Shown here: in pieces, positions 30,306 to 41,653 of the stretch
Numbering within the stretch: the first letter of the stretch is position 1
Layout: every line of letters begins with the position of its first letter
IMG/VR virus record: IMGVR_UViG_2061766007_000941
Coordinates: 5,679 to 69,678 of that record
DNA: 64,000 bases
Direction: 5' to 3' (one strand)
DNA from: a virus
Lineage: Duplodnaviria > Caudoviricetes
Translations under genes and position numbers: made by a program
Notes under the pieces: generated by a model
Told to the model about the DNA's origin: nothing
The model's input: the letters and a program-made list of their open reading frames with translations, nothing else
The model's database searches: none

Positions 30306-30815
30306 ATGGATGGTACTAATTATATAGGTATTATAGTAGAGAAGTTATATGATGTTGACGATACAGGTTTTGGTAAATGTAGAATACTTCAAGGTGATAT
30401 TGTAATACCTATTAAGATGGATAAGTTTAATGCTGATATCTTTAATGCTGTAGGACGAAACACTTTTGCAATTGCTGCTGAGTTTTGTTCTGTGAATAAA
30501 AAGATTTTTATTAAAGCATTTAAAGTTACAGCTATTAGTAGTCTACTTATTTTAACTAATTACATTTCTTTTATAGGTACTCTAACACAGTTACCTAAGA
30601 ATGGAATTATTAAAGTAAAACTTATGAACAATTCTAATATAGAATTACCTATAAGAATTGATCATATACCTGATACCTCTCTTAAGTGTGTATCTTTAGA
30701 CACTGTTGTAGCTGTACAAGGTTCTTTTATTTCTGCTTATGTTACTAAAAATAATAAGACTTCTAAAGTTGTTAATATAAAAGCTGATAAAATAATGATT
30801 GGAGATTTTGAATAA
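30306..30815 (+). CDS. Tandem OB-fold / SSB-like protein
   Basis: Two similar beta-rich halves (YIGIIVEK / FIGTLTQLP ... VVAVQGSF ... VVNIKADKI) resembling SSB/PriB folds. Confidence 0.35.
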   Translation: MDGTNYIGIIVEKLYDVDDTGFGKCRILQGDIVIPIKMDKFNADIFNAVGRNTFAIAAEFCSVNKKIFIKAFKVTAISSLLILTNYISFIGTLTQLPKNGIIKVKLMNNSNIELPIRIDHIPDTSLKCVSLDTVVAVQGSFISAYVTKNNKTSKVVNIKADKIMIGDFE

Positions 30816-32014
30816 TGATACAGTTTATTTCTTATGATGATTTCATGTCTAAGTATGAAGATGAAATCTATGAGCGTTATTGCGATTTATATCCAGAAGA
30901 AATTAATTCTGACTGGACTTTAGAAGATGCTAATGATACTTCATTAGAAGACTTAGTGTCTATTATTTGGATGGAACATATAGCAGAAACATTAAAAGAA
31001 GAGATACCTAAAGACTTCTTGTCTTTATTGTATCCTGGTAGAGATTTTTAAAGGAGGTGATGTAATGGTATATGTAGAACCTAAAGATGCAGAATTTTAT
31101 TCTACTCTTATTAAGGATGGTTTAACTATCTATGAAAGTCAAGATGGTTTGACAGCTCATATTATTTATGATTGTCACACTTATGAACTTCAATTAGAAG
31201 AAGTAAGTGATGATAAATATATTTTATTATATATAAAGGAGGTGAAATAATATGTTTAATCTTTTAGTAGAGAATCGTAAGTTAAGAAAGAGATGTAATA
31301 CTCTTGAACTTAAACTCGAAACTCTTGAAGACACTATTAAAGATGAACTATATAAAGATTTCATGGCTAAGCTAGGAGAATCTGATATGGTTAGTCGTCT
31401 TAAAGAAGAAAATAAAAAGCTTCGTGAAGAACGAAAAGTTCTAAAGCGTATGCTTATGGAAGGAAAGGAGAATTAGTATGATAACTTTAGATAAGACTTG
31501 TCGTGATATCGTTGCTAAATATCTTTCTACTATTTCAACAGGTAAGATACTTAAGTTTCAATTCAAAGCAAAAGATATATCTAAAGTAGAGTATCACGAA
31601 AAACTTTTCAATCTTGTTGATGAGTTAATCTCAGGTGAGGATGGAGCCTCAGCTGTAGAAAAAGTTTTTGACATGCAAGATTACTTTGAATTTAATCCTA
31701 TGAGTCAATTAGATAAATTAAATTCACAAGAAGCTTCATGTATTATTGAACCCTTAATATTAAAGAGAATAGATGCTGAAGGTAATGTACATTATATATG
31801 TGATTCTCTTTATAAACAAGGTGATATTGTGATTAAGAAGTTACCTTTTAATCCTGTATCATTAGAGAGGTTGTATGTATTGATGTCAGATCATCATTAT
31901 TATACAGCCGGTGCTAATATAGGTAACAATAACATATTATGTTTTGGCATAAATCAAGAAGCTGTTATAGCTTATAGAAAAAATTTAATTAAAAGTATAG
32001 AAGGAGGCCGTTAA
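30815..32014 (+). CDS. Four hypothetical genes (30815-31051; 31065-31250; 31252-31476 coiled coil; 31478-32014)
   Basis: Tiled ORFs with AAGGAGG RBSs. Confidence 0.6.
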
Positions 32015-32015
32015 T

Positions 32016-33449
32016 ATGGCAAAGAAAGTAAATAAAAGTTTAGCAGAAGAACTTAAAACATCTGCAATCATTTGGAGTGGTGTTACTAATAAAGATAACA
32101 CTAGAGTTTTCATAGTTAATTTTAATAGCAATCATCATGTTGTTCTTATAGAAGAAACAGAAACTAATATAGTTTATTATGCACCTAAAGAAACTCTTGC
32201 TCTTAAGGCAGAGATAGGTAAAGCATTATATGAAGTTCACCCTGAACTTAAGAAGAAAGATGTAGGTGCAATTCCTACTACTTCATTCACTGGTATTGAA
32301 GTTGTTGGAGATGATAATGAATTATGTTTCTCTAAATCTATTAAAGTATTATCTGAATTAACAGTAAGAAATGCTTTAGATAAAGTTGGTATAGATACTA
32401 CTAAGTATGCTTATACTAAAATTAATGTAGATAATTCTCATAATCTTAAGGAAGCTTGGGCTACACATGGATATAAGAATTATTCTCAAGAAGTTTTAGA
32501 TCTTATGACTGATGTATCTAAGTATAAAACTTATACAATGGATAAGATTGATGAATATGAAATGATGGATGCTGGTTGTTATCTTGGTATGGTAGCTGCT
32601 GGTCCAGCTGGTACAGGTAAATCAACAGATCCACTTATCTATTGTGCTAAGGAAGAAATTCCTGTAATAGTATTTCAATGTACTCAAGGTACAGAAGATG
32701 ATGCTATCATCGGTAACTTCATTCCTAATACTGAAGGTACTGGATATAAATTAAAGAGAGGACCATTAGCAAATGCTATTGAACAAGATTGTTGGTTAGT
32801 CATTAATGAAGCTAACTATTGTCCTTCTGGAATTTTATCTTGTTTAAATAGTATTATGGATGACAATGGTCAAGTGTTATTGGATGATGGAACTATGTTA
32901 CATCGTGGTCCTAACTTTAGATTAATTCTAACAGTTAACCCTGGATATAGAGGTACTAATCTATTTAATGAGGCTACTCTTAATAGATTTGCTACCGTAT
33001 ATTATCCACCAATAACAAAAGATACTTTAATTAAGAGATTATCTTTTGAATCTGGTTATAAGAATAAGAAAGTTTTATCAGCTGTTGCAGAACAATTTGA
33101 TAAACTTAGAAACATATATGAATCTCGTAATATGGAAACAGAAGTAACATATAGAAATGCTATTCGTTTCTTAAAGATGAGATTATTAAAACCAGAAGTA
33201 GATATTGTTAAACAATTTGATATGGCATTTATCACTAATGCTATCTTTGAAATGAATGATATCACTACTGAGTTAAATGATTTACAAGAAATCAGAAAGG
33301 ATATGGTTTCTGAAATAGAACAAGCTTTAGCAGATGGTACTGAAGAAGCTAAAGAAACATCTTGGTCTTGTGATATTGGAATTGATTTAGATGATTTAAC
33401 ATCTCAAATAGGTGAAGATGGTTCATTCTTAGATGATGAGGAGGAATAA
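32016..33449 (+). CDS. MoxR-type AAA+ ATPase (CbbQ/NirQ/CobS-like)
   Basis: GPAGTGKS, GPLxxAI, Walker B region WLVINEAN, TVNPGYRGT, NEATLNRF. Confidence 0.8.
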   Translation: MAKKVNKSLAEELKTSAIIWSGVTNKDNTRVFIVNFNSNHHVVLIEETETNIVYYAPKETLALKAEIGKALYEVHPELKKKDVGAIPTTSFTGIEVVGDDNELCFSKSIKVLSELTVRNALDKVGIDTTKYAYTKINVDNSHNLKEAWATHGYKNYSQEVLDLMTDVSKYKTYTMDKIDEYEMMDAGCYLGMVAAGPAGTGKSTDPLIYCAKEEIPVIVFQCTQGTEDDAIIGNFIPNTEGTGYKLKRGPLANAIEQDCWLVINEANYCPSGILSCLNSIMDDNGQVLLDDGTMLHRGPNFRLILTVNPGYRGTNLFNEATLNRFATVYYPPITKDTLIKRLSFESGYKNKKVLSAVAEQFDKLRNIYESRNMETEVTYRNAIRFLKMRLLKPEVDIVKQFDMAFITNAIFEMNDITTELNDLQEIRKDMVSEIEQALADGTEEAKETSWSCDIGIDLDDLTSQIGEDGSFLDDEEE

Positions 33450-35310
33450 TATGAAGACATATTCTATTGACAAGATTGTGAATGCTATCTTATCTTTAGA
33501 TAGACTTCATAAGATGAGTAACTTTGCTACTTCAAAAGTTGGTAAAGATGTTAGAGTTATATCTCTTAACTCTGATGCTTGTTATTCTTCATGTGATTAC
33601 TGGGACGGAATGAGAATTCAGTTAGGTAATCAGTTTTATCCTATTGCTTTTGATGATAGAGCTCCTGTACCTGCTGTTGATTTAAAAGCAAAGTATAAAC
33701 ATATAGCTATGATAATGTATGGTGCATATTATCATGAGTTATTTCATTTATTATATACACCATTTGGTTATGCTACAGATTTATTATCTGGTTGTAATCA
33801 ATACTTCCAACAATTTGTACATACAGTTGCTAATATATTGGAAGATCAAACTATAGAAGGTACTGGTATGAATAGATATCCTTTCTCTGAGAAATATATT
33901 ATGGCAACAAGAGAAGTATTTAAACTTCCTAATACTCTTAAACTTATAGAAGAGTCTATTACTGAGGAACCAGATAATCCTGGTACAATGTTAGGATATC
34001 TTCTACATTTCTGTAGAGGTACTGACATGTCACAATTCCCTGAATATAAACTTTGGAATGACCATAAAGAGTTTATAGAATGGGGTGCTTATAAGTGTAT
34101 CAATACTATTGACCCACATTTAAGAGCTAAAAGACAAGTTGCTTATGGTCTTGAGCTTACTAAGATACTTGATATGAAAGAACCTGAGAAGAGCAATGTT
34201 GAAAGTCCTAACTTATCTAATCTTGCTTCTGATTCAAGTGGATTTAGTAAGTCTTCTTCTGGTAAAGGTATGTCTGCTATTAATAAATCAACTGGTAACA
34301 TGGGTAATGAGAATGCTGAGCGTACTATGCAAGGACAAACTCAACCTCAAGAATCAGATGAGGATGCTGCTAAACCACCAGAAGAAATGAAAGAAGTTAA
34401 AGCACAACATGGATCTGGAGATGGTGAATGCCCTACAGATTCTGGTGATTTAACTAAAGCTGGTATTACTCAATTAGCAAATGATGAACCAGTATTTGGT
34501 GAAGGTCATTATGCTGATAAGATATCTAAGTATATCAAGACAGAGAAATACCTACCTGAATATAATAAAGTTGTTAGACTATTTGAAACTCAAATAAGAA
34601 ATGTTGTTGCTATCATTCGTAAGATGTATGCAACTAATAATGCTAGTTGGAATCATTATAAAACGAAAGGCAAACTAGATATGTCTACAATCTATAAGAA
34701 AGGTAACTATAAAATCTTCAAGAAAAAGAATGCTCCAGCTCCAACTGCTGATTTAGTATTTGAAATACTTGTAGATAATTCTGGAAGTATGACAGGTACT
34801 AAAGCTAAGTTGGCTGGTAAAGCATTAATTATTTTCTGTGAAGCATTGAATAGATTACATATACCTTTTAGTGTAGATTGTTTTACTGAATCAAGATGTG
34901 CTATCACTATATCTTTAAAAGATTATGATGAACTATATGATAAAGTAAAAACAAATATGACTTTATTTACTGAAGGTTATGATGTTCATGCACTTAACAC
35001 TTGGTGTGGTAATGTGGATGAAATCAATCTTAGATATGTTGCAGATAAACTATCACAAAGATTAGAGAAAGACAAAGTTCTTATTGTAATTAGTGATGGT
35101 GCAACATGTGGAAGTTGGAAAACTCTTAAGAAAGTTGCTGATAATATAGCAGCTACTGGAGTTACTATGTTAGGAATTGGTATCTTTGATAGCAATGTTG
35201 AAATGATATATAAGAATTCCATGATTGTAAAGAATGTAGAAGACCTACAAGGATTAGGTACATTCTTAAATAACTATTTAATTAAAAAGATTTTTAAAGG
35301 AGGAGAATAA
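33433..35310 (+). CDS. vWA-domain partner protein (CobT-like)
   Basis: MIDAS DNSGSM, LIVISDG; N-terminal HExxH (YHELFH); adjacent to the MoxR ATPase. Confidence 0.8.
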   Translation: MMRRNNMKTYSIDKIVNAILSLDRLHKMSNFATSKVGKDVRVISLNSDACYSSCDYWDGMRIQLGNQFYPIAFDDRAPVPAVDLKAKYKHIAMIMYGAYYHELFHLLYTPFGYATDLLSGCNQYFQQFVHTVANILEDQTIEGTGMNRYPFSEKYIMATREVFKLPNTLKLIEESITEEPDNPGTMLGYLLHFCRGTDMSQFPEYKLWNDHKEFIEWGAYKCINTIDPHLRAKRQVAYGLELTKILDMKEPEKSNVESPNLSNLASDSSGFSKSSSGKGMSAINKSTGNMGNENAERTMQGQTQPQESDEDAAKPPEEMKEVKAQHGSGDGECPTDSGDLTKAGITQLANDEPVFGEGHYADKISKYIKTEKYLPEYNKVVRLFETQIRNVVAIIRKMYATNNASWNHYKTKGKLDMSTIYKKGNYKIFKKKNAPAPTADLVFEILVDNSGSMTGTKAKLAGKALIIFCEALNRLHIPFSVDCFTESRCAITISLKDYDELYDKVKTNMTLFTEGYDVHALNTWCGNVDEINLRYVADKLSQRLEKDKVLIVISDGATCGSWKTLKKVADNIAATGVTMLGIGIFDSNVEMIYKNSMIVKNVEDLQGLGTFLNNYLIKKIFKGGE

Positions 35311-35313
35311 AAT

Positions 35314-36555
35314 ATGACAATTAAAGAAGTTAATCAATTAAGAAAAGAGGGTTTGGATAATGCTACAAAGGAGCAATTAATGGAGGCTTATCCAATTGTT
35401 AATGCAACTAAGAATACTTTTGCATCATTAGAAAAGGAAATTAAAGAAGCTTTAGAAGGTAAGATGGAAGTTGGAGATCAACTTTCATTTGACTTCGGAA
35501 GTGATATCTATACATCTAAGATGGTATCTGTTGATGAGATATCATTTGATTGTAGTGATGAGGATTTATATATAGAATGTAGCAAAGCTGCTTCTGCATA
35601 TTGTAAATTATCTGTAGATAAAACTGCAATCAAGAAAGATTATGTTAAAGGAATTCTTCATCCAGATATTATTAAACATGTAGTTGTTACTCAACAACAA
35701 GAGATGAAGATGACTAAGAAAGCAAAGAAGGAGGTGGCATAATGTATATTTGTAAAGACTGTGGTTTAATCTTTAGTGAACCAAAGCATTATTCAGAAGA
35801 CAGAACTCCAGGTGGAGTTTGTGAAGGAGGCTCTTTCATAGAACATTATGAAGGATGTCCTGCTTGTGCTGGTGCTTTTGATGATGCACAAATGTGTCAA
35901 CGCTGCAGTGAGTGGTGTGATAATAATTTCTGTGACTCTTGTATTGAAGATATTAAGAAAGAGTATGCAGATATTATTAGTGAGAACTTCACTGCTAGTG
36001 AATATGATACTATTTGTGATTGTATTCTTAACCCTTATTCTGATAAACCTTATTGGGATAGAGGTATTGCTAGAGAAAAAGCTAGACGCAATGAAAAATA
36101 TTTAATGTCTTTCTTAGAAAAGTATATTAAATTAATGAAGGATAATTTCAGACCTGATGAATATGATTATACTGAAGATGTTGAAATAGAATTTAAGGAG
36201 GATTAAAATGTTAGAAACAAATAAGATATTTCTAGATGCTTATGTATTAGTTAATAAAGCCCTTCAAAGAAAGGGTGCAACTTATTATCCAGCATCTGTT
36301 GGCAAAGCATATAAGGATCTCTTTCATAGAGATTCTTTTGCTTGCATAAGTTTTTATGCTAATGATGGTGAGCAATATTATATGTATTTTAATAGTGCTT
36401 ACAATCCTGAAATAAACAGGATGTGTTTTTCTAGTATCACTATAGTTTCTAGAGAGAATTTAAATCTTGGTAAAGCTTCTTATGAATCTAAAACTCATAT
36501 AGAAACTATTGATGATATAAATGATTTTGTAAATCTATTGGAAGGAGTGTTATAA
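35314..36555 (+). CDS. Three hypothetical genes (35314-35742; Cys-rich 35742-36206; 36208-36555)
   Basis: Tiled ORFs with RBSs; multiple CxxC in the second. Confidence 0.6.
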
Positions 36556-36556
36556 T

Positions 36557-37813
36557 ATGAATAAGCTAGATGTTGAGAAAGATTTATTAGGAAGTGTCTT
36601 AATTAATTTTGAAAATGCTGATAAGTTCTTAGCAACTGTTAGAGAATCTGATTTCACTGATAAGAGAAACAGACATATCTATAAATTAATTGAGAAACTT
36701 TATACAACTAATGTTCAAACATTTAATTTCACTGATGTTTTTGCTACTTATCCTAAAGCCATAGATTATTGTGGAGGTGTAGATTATTTAGCAGAAGTAA
36801 TTGCTGATTGTATATCCCCCAATTCTTTTGATTCACATAGAAAAGCTTTGATTAAAATGTCAACTATTGAATCAGTTACTAATCTAAGTAAGAATGCAGA
36901 AGGTATCTTTAAAGAAGACTTTGATAAAGGTGTAGATTATATTGAATCACAATTAGAATCTATTGTAGATAGAGTTCATAAGAGTGAATCAGTTAATCTA
37001 TATCAAGCTTTCAAATCTTCTTTAGATCCTTCAGCTAATATGAATGTAGATTTAGGTTTTAAATCTTTACATAATATTATGGGTTATCCACATCCAGGTG
37101 AGCTTATGATTATAGGAGCTAGACCTGGTATGGGTAAAACTGCATTCGCTTTAGGTTGTTTATTTAATTATATTTGTACTAAAAAGAAAAGAGCAATTAT
37201 GTTTTCTTTAGAGATGTCAGGTCAAGAATTATTTTCTAGAATGATATCTTCTATATCTAAGATACCTTTATCAGATATTAGAAGTTTAAGTTTACCTGAT
37301 GATGCTAAGAAATGTTTAGATGATAATGCTAAAGAGCTTGCATCTAATCAATACTTATCTTTATATGATAAGTCTGTATCTAATATCCCATCTCTTCGTG
37401 CTGCTATTCGTAAAGAAAGCAAGAAAGGAGAAGTTGGTTTAGTTATTGTAGACTATTTACAATTAATAACTGGTACTGGTAATAATAATTATGAAAAGGT
37501 ATCAGAGATATCAAGACAATTAAAACTTATTGCTCGTGAATTTAATTGTACTGTTATAGCTTTATCACAATTGTCTAGAAAAGTTGAAGACAGAAGTGAT
37601 AAGCGTCCACAACTTTCAGACTTGAGAGAGAGTGGAGCTATCGAGCAAGATGCTGATTATGTTTTATTTTTATATAGACATAACTATTATGCTAAGGATC
37701 CTAATGTAGACCCTACTAAGGACCCTTTATCAATAGAAGTTGCTAAGAATAGACATGGTAAAACAGGTACAATTCAAATAGAATTTGATTTAACTACAGG
37801 AAGTTTTCAATAG
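36557..37813 (+). CDS. dnaB: Replicative DNA helicase
   Basis: GARPGMGKT, SLEM, VIVDYLQL, LSQLSR, SDLRESGAIEQDAD, KNRHG. Confidence 0.95.
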   Translation: MNKLDVEKDLLGSVLINFENADKFLATVRESDFTDKRNRHIYKLIEKLYTTNVQTFNFTDVFATYPKAIDYCGGVDYLAEVIADCISPNSFDSHRKALIKMSTIESVTNLSKNAEGIFKEDFDKGVDYIESQLESIVDRVHKSESVNLYQAFKSSLDPSANMNVDLGFKSLHNIMGYPHPGELMIIGARPGMGKTAFALGCLFNYICTKKKRAIMFSLEMSGQELFSRMISSISKIPLSDIRSLSLPDDAKKCLDDNAKELASNQYLSLYDKSVSNIPSLRAAIRKESKKGEVGLVIVDYLQLITGTGNNNYEKVSEISRQLKLIAREFNCTVIALSQLSRKVEDRSDKRPQLSDLRESGAIEQDADYVLFLYRHNYYAKDPNVDPTKDPLSIEVAKNRHGKTGTIQIEFDLTTGSFQ

Positions 37814-37822
37814 GAGGTATTT

Positions 37823-38017
37823 ATGAGAGAAAAATTAGAAGACTTTAAATATGAATTGAAAGAATTTCAAGATGTTTTAATTAAGCATAGATATGATATA
37901 CCAGAAGATACTTATAAAGTACTCTTTGATTTATTATTTCATGCTTTAAATACTTTAAAAGAATTGGAGGTAATTATTCATGATGAAGAGCGTGCTAAAA
38001 CCAGGGACCGTGGTTAG
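37823..38017 (+). CDS. Small hypothetical protein overlapping the MazF-like gene
   Basis: GGAGG RBS; 64 aa. Confidence 0.55.
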   Translation: MREKLEDFKYELKEFQDVLIKHRYDIPEDTYKVLFDLLFHALNTLKELEVIIHDEERAKTRDRG

Positions 38018-38360
38018 AGTTTCTTATACTGATTTTAATAATAAACCTCTTGAAGGTTATTTCTGTGTTCTTTATGATGAAGAACTAGATGCATCTAATA
38101 AATATATGAATAATATTATTGCAATTAAAATCACTACATCTTATATGATGATAGATAATTATTCTGTTCCAGTTACAGATAATTACACAACTCTTTTCAC
38201 AAGAGATTCTATGGCTTTATGTTCTAAGCTTCATACTTTTTCAAAGGATCAAATCTTAGATATTAAAGGTAGATTACATCCTAAAACATTTAGAGATGTA
38301 TATAAATGTTATAGAAGATTTATAACAGAATTAGAAAGACAAATGGAAAGTTATTTTTAG
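37980..38360 (+). CDS. PemK/MazF-fold protein
   Basis: PGTVVRVSY; NIIAIKITTS; DSMALCSKLHTFSKDQILDIKGRL match the MazF pattern. Confidence 0.6.
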   Translation: MMKSVLKPGTVVRVSYTDFNNKPLEGYFCVLYDEELDASNKYMNNIIAIKITTSYMMIDNYSVPVTDNYTTLFTRDSMALCSKLHTFSKDQILDIKGRLHPKTFRDVYKCYRRFITELERQMESYF

Positions 38361-38371
38361 GAGGTATTAAA

Positions 38372-39644
38372 ATGCATTTATCTAATTCAATGAAACAGTT
38401 AATGGCATACTGTTATTCAAACAAAAATGCCATACACTATGAATATGTTTTTGATAAGAGGGACGAATCTTTTACGGTTCGTTTCTTTCTTACAGAACAA
38501 AATTATTTTGCTATTACACTAAAAGGAAATGATACAGACTGCGAAGTAAGAGAGTATAATGTTACTAAGTCTTGGTATCATCCTTCTACTAGAGTTACTT
38601 ATCTTAATAAGTATTTCAAAAAATATAGAGTAGATGCTAGTACTTATATGTATCTTGCTATCGTACCTATAAATGTAGTACTTGAGAAGTTATCTAAGAT
38701 TTCTGCTAGTAGTATTAAGCTTACTAATATAGCAGAGAAGGATAAATATAATGCTTGGCGTGGTGTCTTTAGAGCCACTTCAAGATTTTAGGAGGTATAA
38801 TTATGGGACAAAGATTATGTTTACAAATTAATAGAAATAGAAAACCAGTGGCCAATGCTTATTATCATTGGTCTGGTTATACTCTATCATCTATGGCTTT
38901 ACTTGAACAAGTATATAGTTATTTATCTGATCATATGGATGATGAAGATAAAAAGCTAGTTGCTATTAGAGCTCTTGAAAGTACAGGAGCTGGTATTGAA
39001 AAGTATGATGGAGAGATATCTGATTATGATATTCTTAAGAGAGTTTCTAAATATAAAGATGTAGATTTTTCTATTGGAGATGATAGGAATGATGGTCTTA
39101 TTGCATGTTTTCCTAAGAGTATGCAAGGTTTATATGATGCATCAGAAGAGTATTGTTCTATAGATATGGATACTTTACTTATAGATTTTGATGTGTTATG
39201 TCATTATGATACTATTGAGGAAATTAAAGAATGGTGTGAAGGTGTTGTAGAGGATGACATTCCTGAGTACGAAGCCTCACCTTATGAGTGTGATATAGGA
39301 ACCCTAAGAGATTTAATAGATGGTATTCAAGATTCCAACTTTATTAAATGTAGTGATGGTTACTATGGGGAGATAGGATAATGGCAATAAATCTTCATAA
39401 TGCATTTTCTCTTACAGGAGATCTTGTTAATTATAATGAAGATAAATTTATTTTCATTATTAAGAATCCTGTTGGTAGTTCTGTTTCATTACCTATATTA
39501 ATGACTAGTGATGCTGCTTATTATTGTACTTTAACTAAAGGACATACATATTATAATAAAGAAATATTAGTTTGCTTTGATTTAAATAAAAAAGGAAATG
39601 TTGTTCTTAGATGTTTAGCTATCAAACCTGATATTTCTCTTTAA
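38372..39644 (+). CDS. Three hypothetical genes (38372-38791; 38803-39381; 39381-39644)
   Basis: Tiled ORFs with GGAGG RBSs. Confidence 0.6.
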
Positions 39645-39675
39645 AAATGATATAATATTTTAAAGGAGTGATAGT

Positions 39676-40032
39676 ATGATTACTAAAGGAAAATTCTTAG
39701 AGTTACTAAAGTCTTTAGACCCAGACCCTAATTTTCATACAGCTATTATTCAAGAATGTTTTAAGAAACTTCCTGATGCTGTTGCTTGGAAATTATCCAG
39801 ACAATTATATCTAGAATATTTTTGGGATGGTGACAAATATAGGATGAAAAATAATATCACCGGTGAAGAATTATTGTTTAGTTCTTATACAGAAGCTGTA
39901 CAATACTTAACTAAGTTAGGTTATAAAGCTACTAACACTGGTGTTGCTAATGCATTTAGAAGTCGTTCTAAAGATTATTGTAACCATACATTTTATAATG
40001 ATAAAGAAAAAGAGATTACTTATTTTGAGTAA
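39676..40032 (+). CDS. Protein with C-terminal NUMOD1-like HTH; own extended -10 (TGaTATAAT, ~39648-39656)
   Basis: FSSYTEAVQYLxxxGY...GVANA pattern; AAGGAG RBS. Confidence 0.45.
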   Translation: MITKGKFLELLKSLDPDPNFHTAIIQECFKKLPDAVAWKLSRQLYLEYFWDGDKYRMKNNITGEELLFSSYTEAVQYLTKLGYKATNTGVANAFRSRSKDYCNHTFYNDKEKEITYFE

Positions 40033-41554
40033 TCCCTTTTCTTATCAAACTATTTAATCTTAAATAACTGCATGCTATTGAGCTTGCATTTTTTAATGCT
40101 TCATCAATAGATTTATAACTATCTAATATACCTTCATCATAAAGGTTTACTATTTTATTATTTCTTACATCCACACCGGTTCTTTTATTTATAAGATATT
40201 TTCGTCCGGGGATATTTTTTATACCTGCATTATTTAATATTTGTTTCATTGGTAATCTTAATAATTTTCTAATAGAAATGTTATTCATTTTTAAACTTAT
40301 GTTATATAAAGTTTTGCCCCCACCTAGAACAACTCCGTTCTCGAGTGCCATTCTGACAGCTCCGATCGCATCATCTAATTTTAAATGTAGAGTTTTGAAT
40401 TCTGTTACTGTAGGAACTCCTACTTTAATTTTAACTACCCCATTCTCTAAAGCTCCAAGTCTTTTAGTATATAAAGCTTCATCTACTCCACTTAATTTAT
40501 ACTTCTTATCCAGCTTCTTTTTATATTGTTTGATTCTTTCTGGTACAAGTTTATTCTTTTCACAGATAAATAAGCTTCTGTCGATCTCAATTACCACATG
40601 ATCAGCATGACCACAGTATTCATACTTATAATCTCCAACGCCATTGCTGGCATCTTGAACTACTCCATTAGTTACTGCAGCTAAATCCATGTACACATCA
40701 TCCATCTTAGTTTCATTAACGAATATGAATTGATACTTGAAGTTATTCTTGATTAATGTATCAATCAAAAGTCTTAATGTATTAGGATTGAATGCTGGAT
40801 TCAATACAAACACAAATGGATTCTTGATTTTATCTTCAGGTATACTCTTGAAGAATTCACCTAATCCTACTTGAGTCATAACTCCTTCTTTTAATAATAC
40901 TATGTTACAGTTATCAGCTTCCCACTTCTCACCGTCATCACATAGAGCTGCCATTGCATCACTCATGTAACCACTATCTATTGAGAATCCCTTAGTTTGT
41001 TCTACTTTAACTCCAGATCCTTCACGATCATGTTCAATAACAATGTTCATTCCAGCTCCACATTTCTTGTAAGCTTCTTCTACAATCTCACCAACCATAG
41101 GAATCTTAGTACTAATAGTTGCAATACTTTTAACATGTTTAGGTTCCATCTTGAACTTTTCCATTTTAAGTTTCTCTCTAACCATTGCAACTTCATGCTC
41201 TATTTGATCAGCTACTAATTGTGGATGTTTACCACGCTTGATCATTTTATATCCGTGATCATATAATGCATTAGTTAACAGAATAGTTAATGTTGTACCA
41301 TCTAATGCTTCTTTTTCTGTAGTCGCAGCTGCTTCGATCATATCTACTGCGATCATCTTTTCCATTCCATCTAGATGAATCGCTTGACGAGCTACAGTTA
41401 CACCATCATCTGTTAGTGTACACTTACCAAAGTCATCATCTAATGCAACCAATAATCCTTTAGCTCCCATTGTAGGAACTACCATATCATTTATCTTTTG
41501 GAATGTTTCCTTGATCAGACTTTGTGCCTGATTCTTTTTCTTTATCTCTAACAT
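40016..41554 (-). CDS. groEL: Chaperonin GroEL (Cpn60)
   Basis: TMGAKG, TDDGVTVA, LDGTT, VKIKVG, KLDDAIGA, GVVLGGG; no C-terminal GGM tail. Confidence 0.92.
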   Translation of the reverse strand: MLEIKKKNQAQSLIKETFQKINDMVVPTMGAKGLLVALDDDFGKCTLTDDGVTVARQAIHLDGMEKMIAVDMIEAAATTEKEALDGTTLTILLTNALYDHGYKMIKRGKHPQLVADQIEHEVAMVREKLKMEKFKMEPKHVKSIATISTKIPMVGEIVEEAYKKCGAGMNIVIEHDREGSGVKVEQTKGFSIDSGYMSDAMAALCDDGEKWEADNCNIVLLKEGVMTQVGLGEFFKSIPEDKIKNPFVFVLNPAFNPNTLRLLIDTLIKNNFKYQFIFVNETKMDDVYMDLAAVTNGVVQDASNGVGDYKYEYCGHADHVVIEIDRSLFICEKNKLVPERIKQYKKKLDKKYKLSGVDEALYTKRLGALENGVVKIKVGVPTVTEFKTLHLKLDDAIGAVRMALENGVVLGGGKTLYNISLKMNNISIRKLLRLPMKQILNNAGIKNIPGRKYLINKRTGVDVRNNKIVNLYDEGILDSYKSIDEALKNASSIACSYLRLNSLIRKGITQNK

Positions 41555-41653
41555 ATTTAGCCTCCAATTGTTTTATTCGTTTGGTTAATCCTTTTTCTCC
41601 ATAAAAATCCCTGCGAAGGAGAAGTAAGCTATACTCTCTATCTTCTTCTGGAC

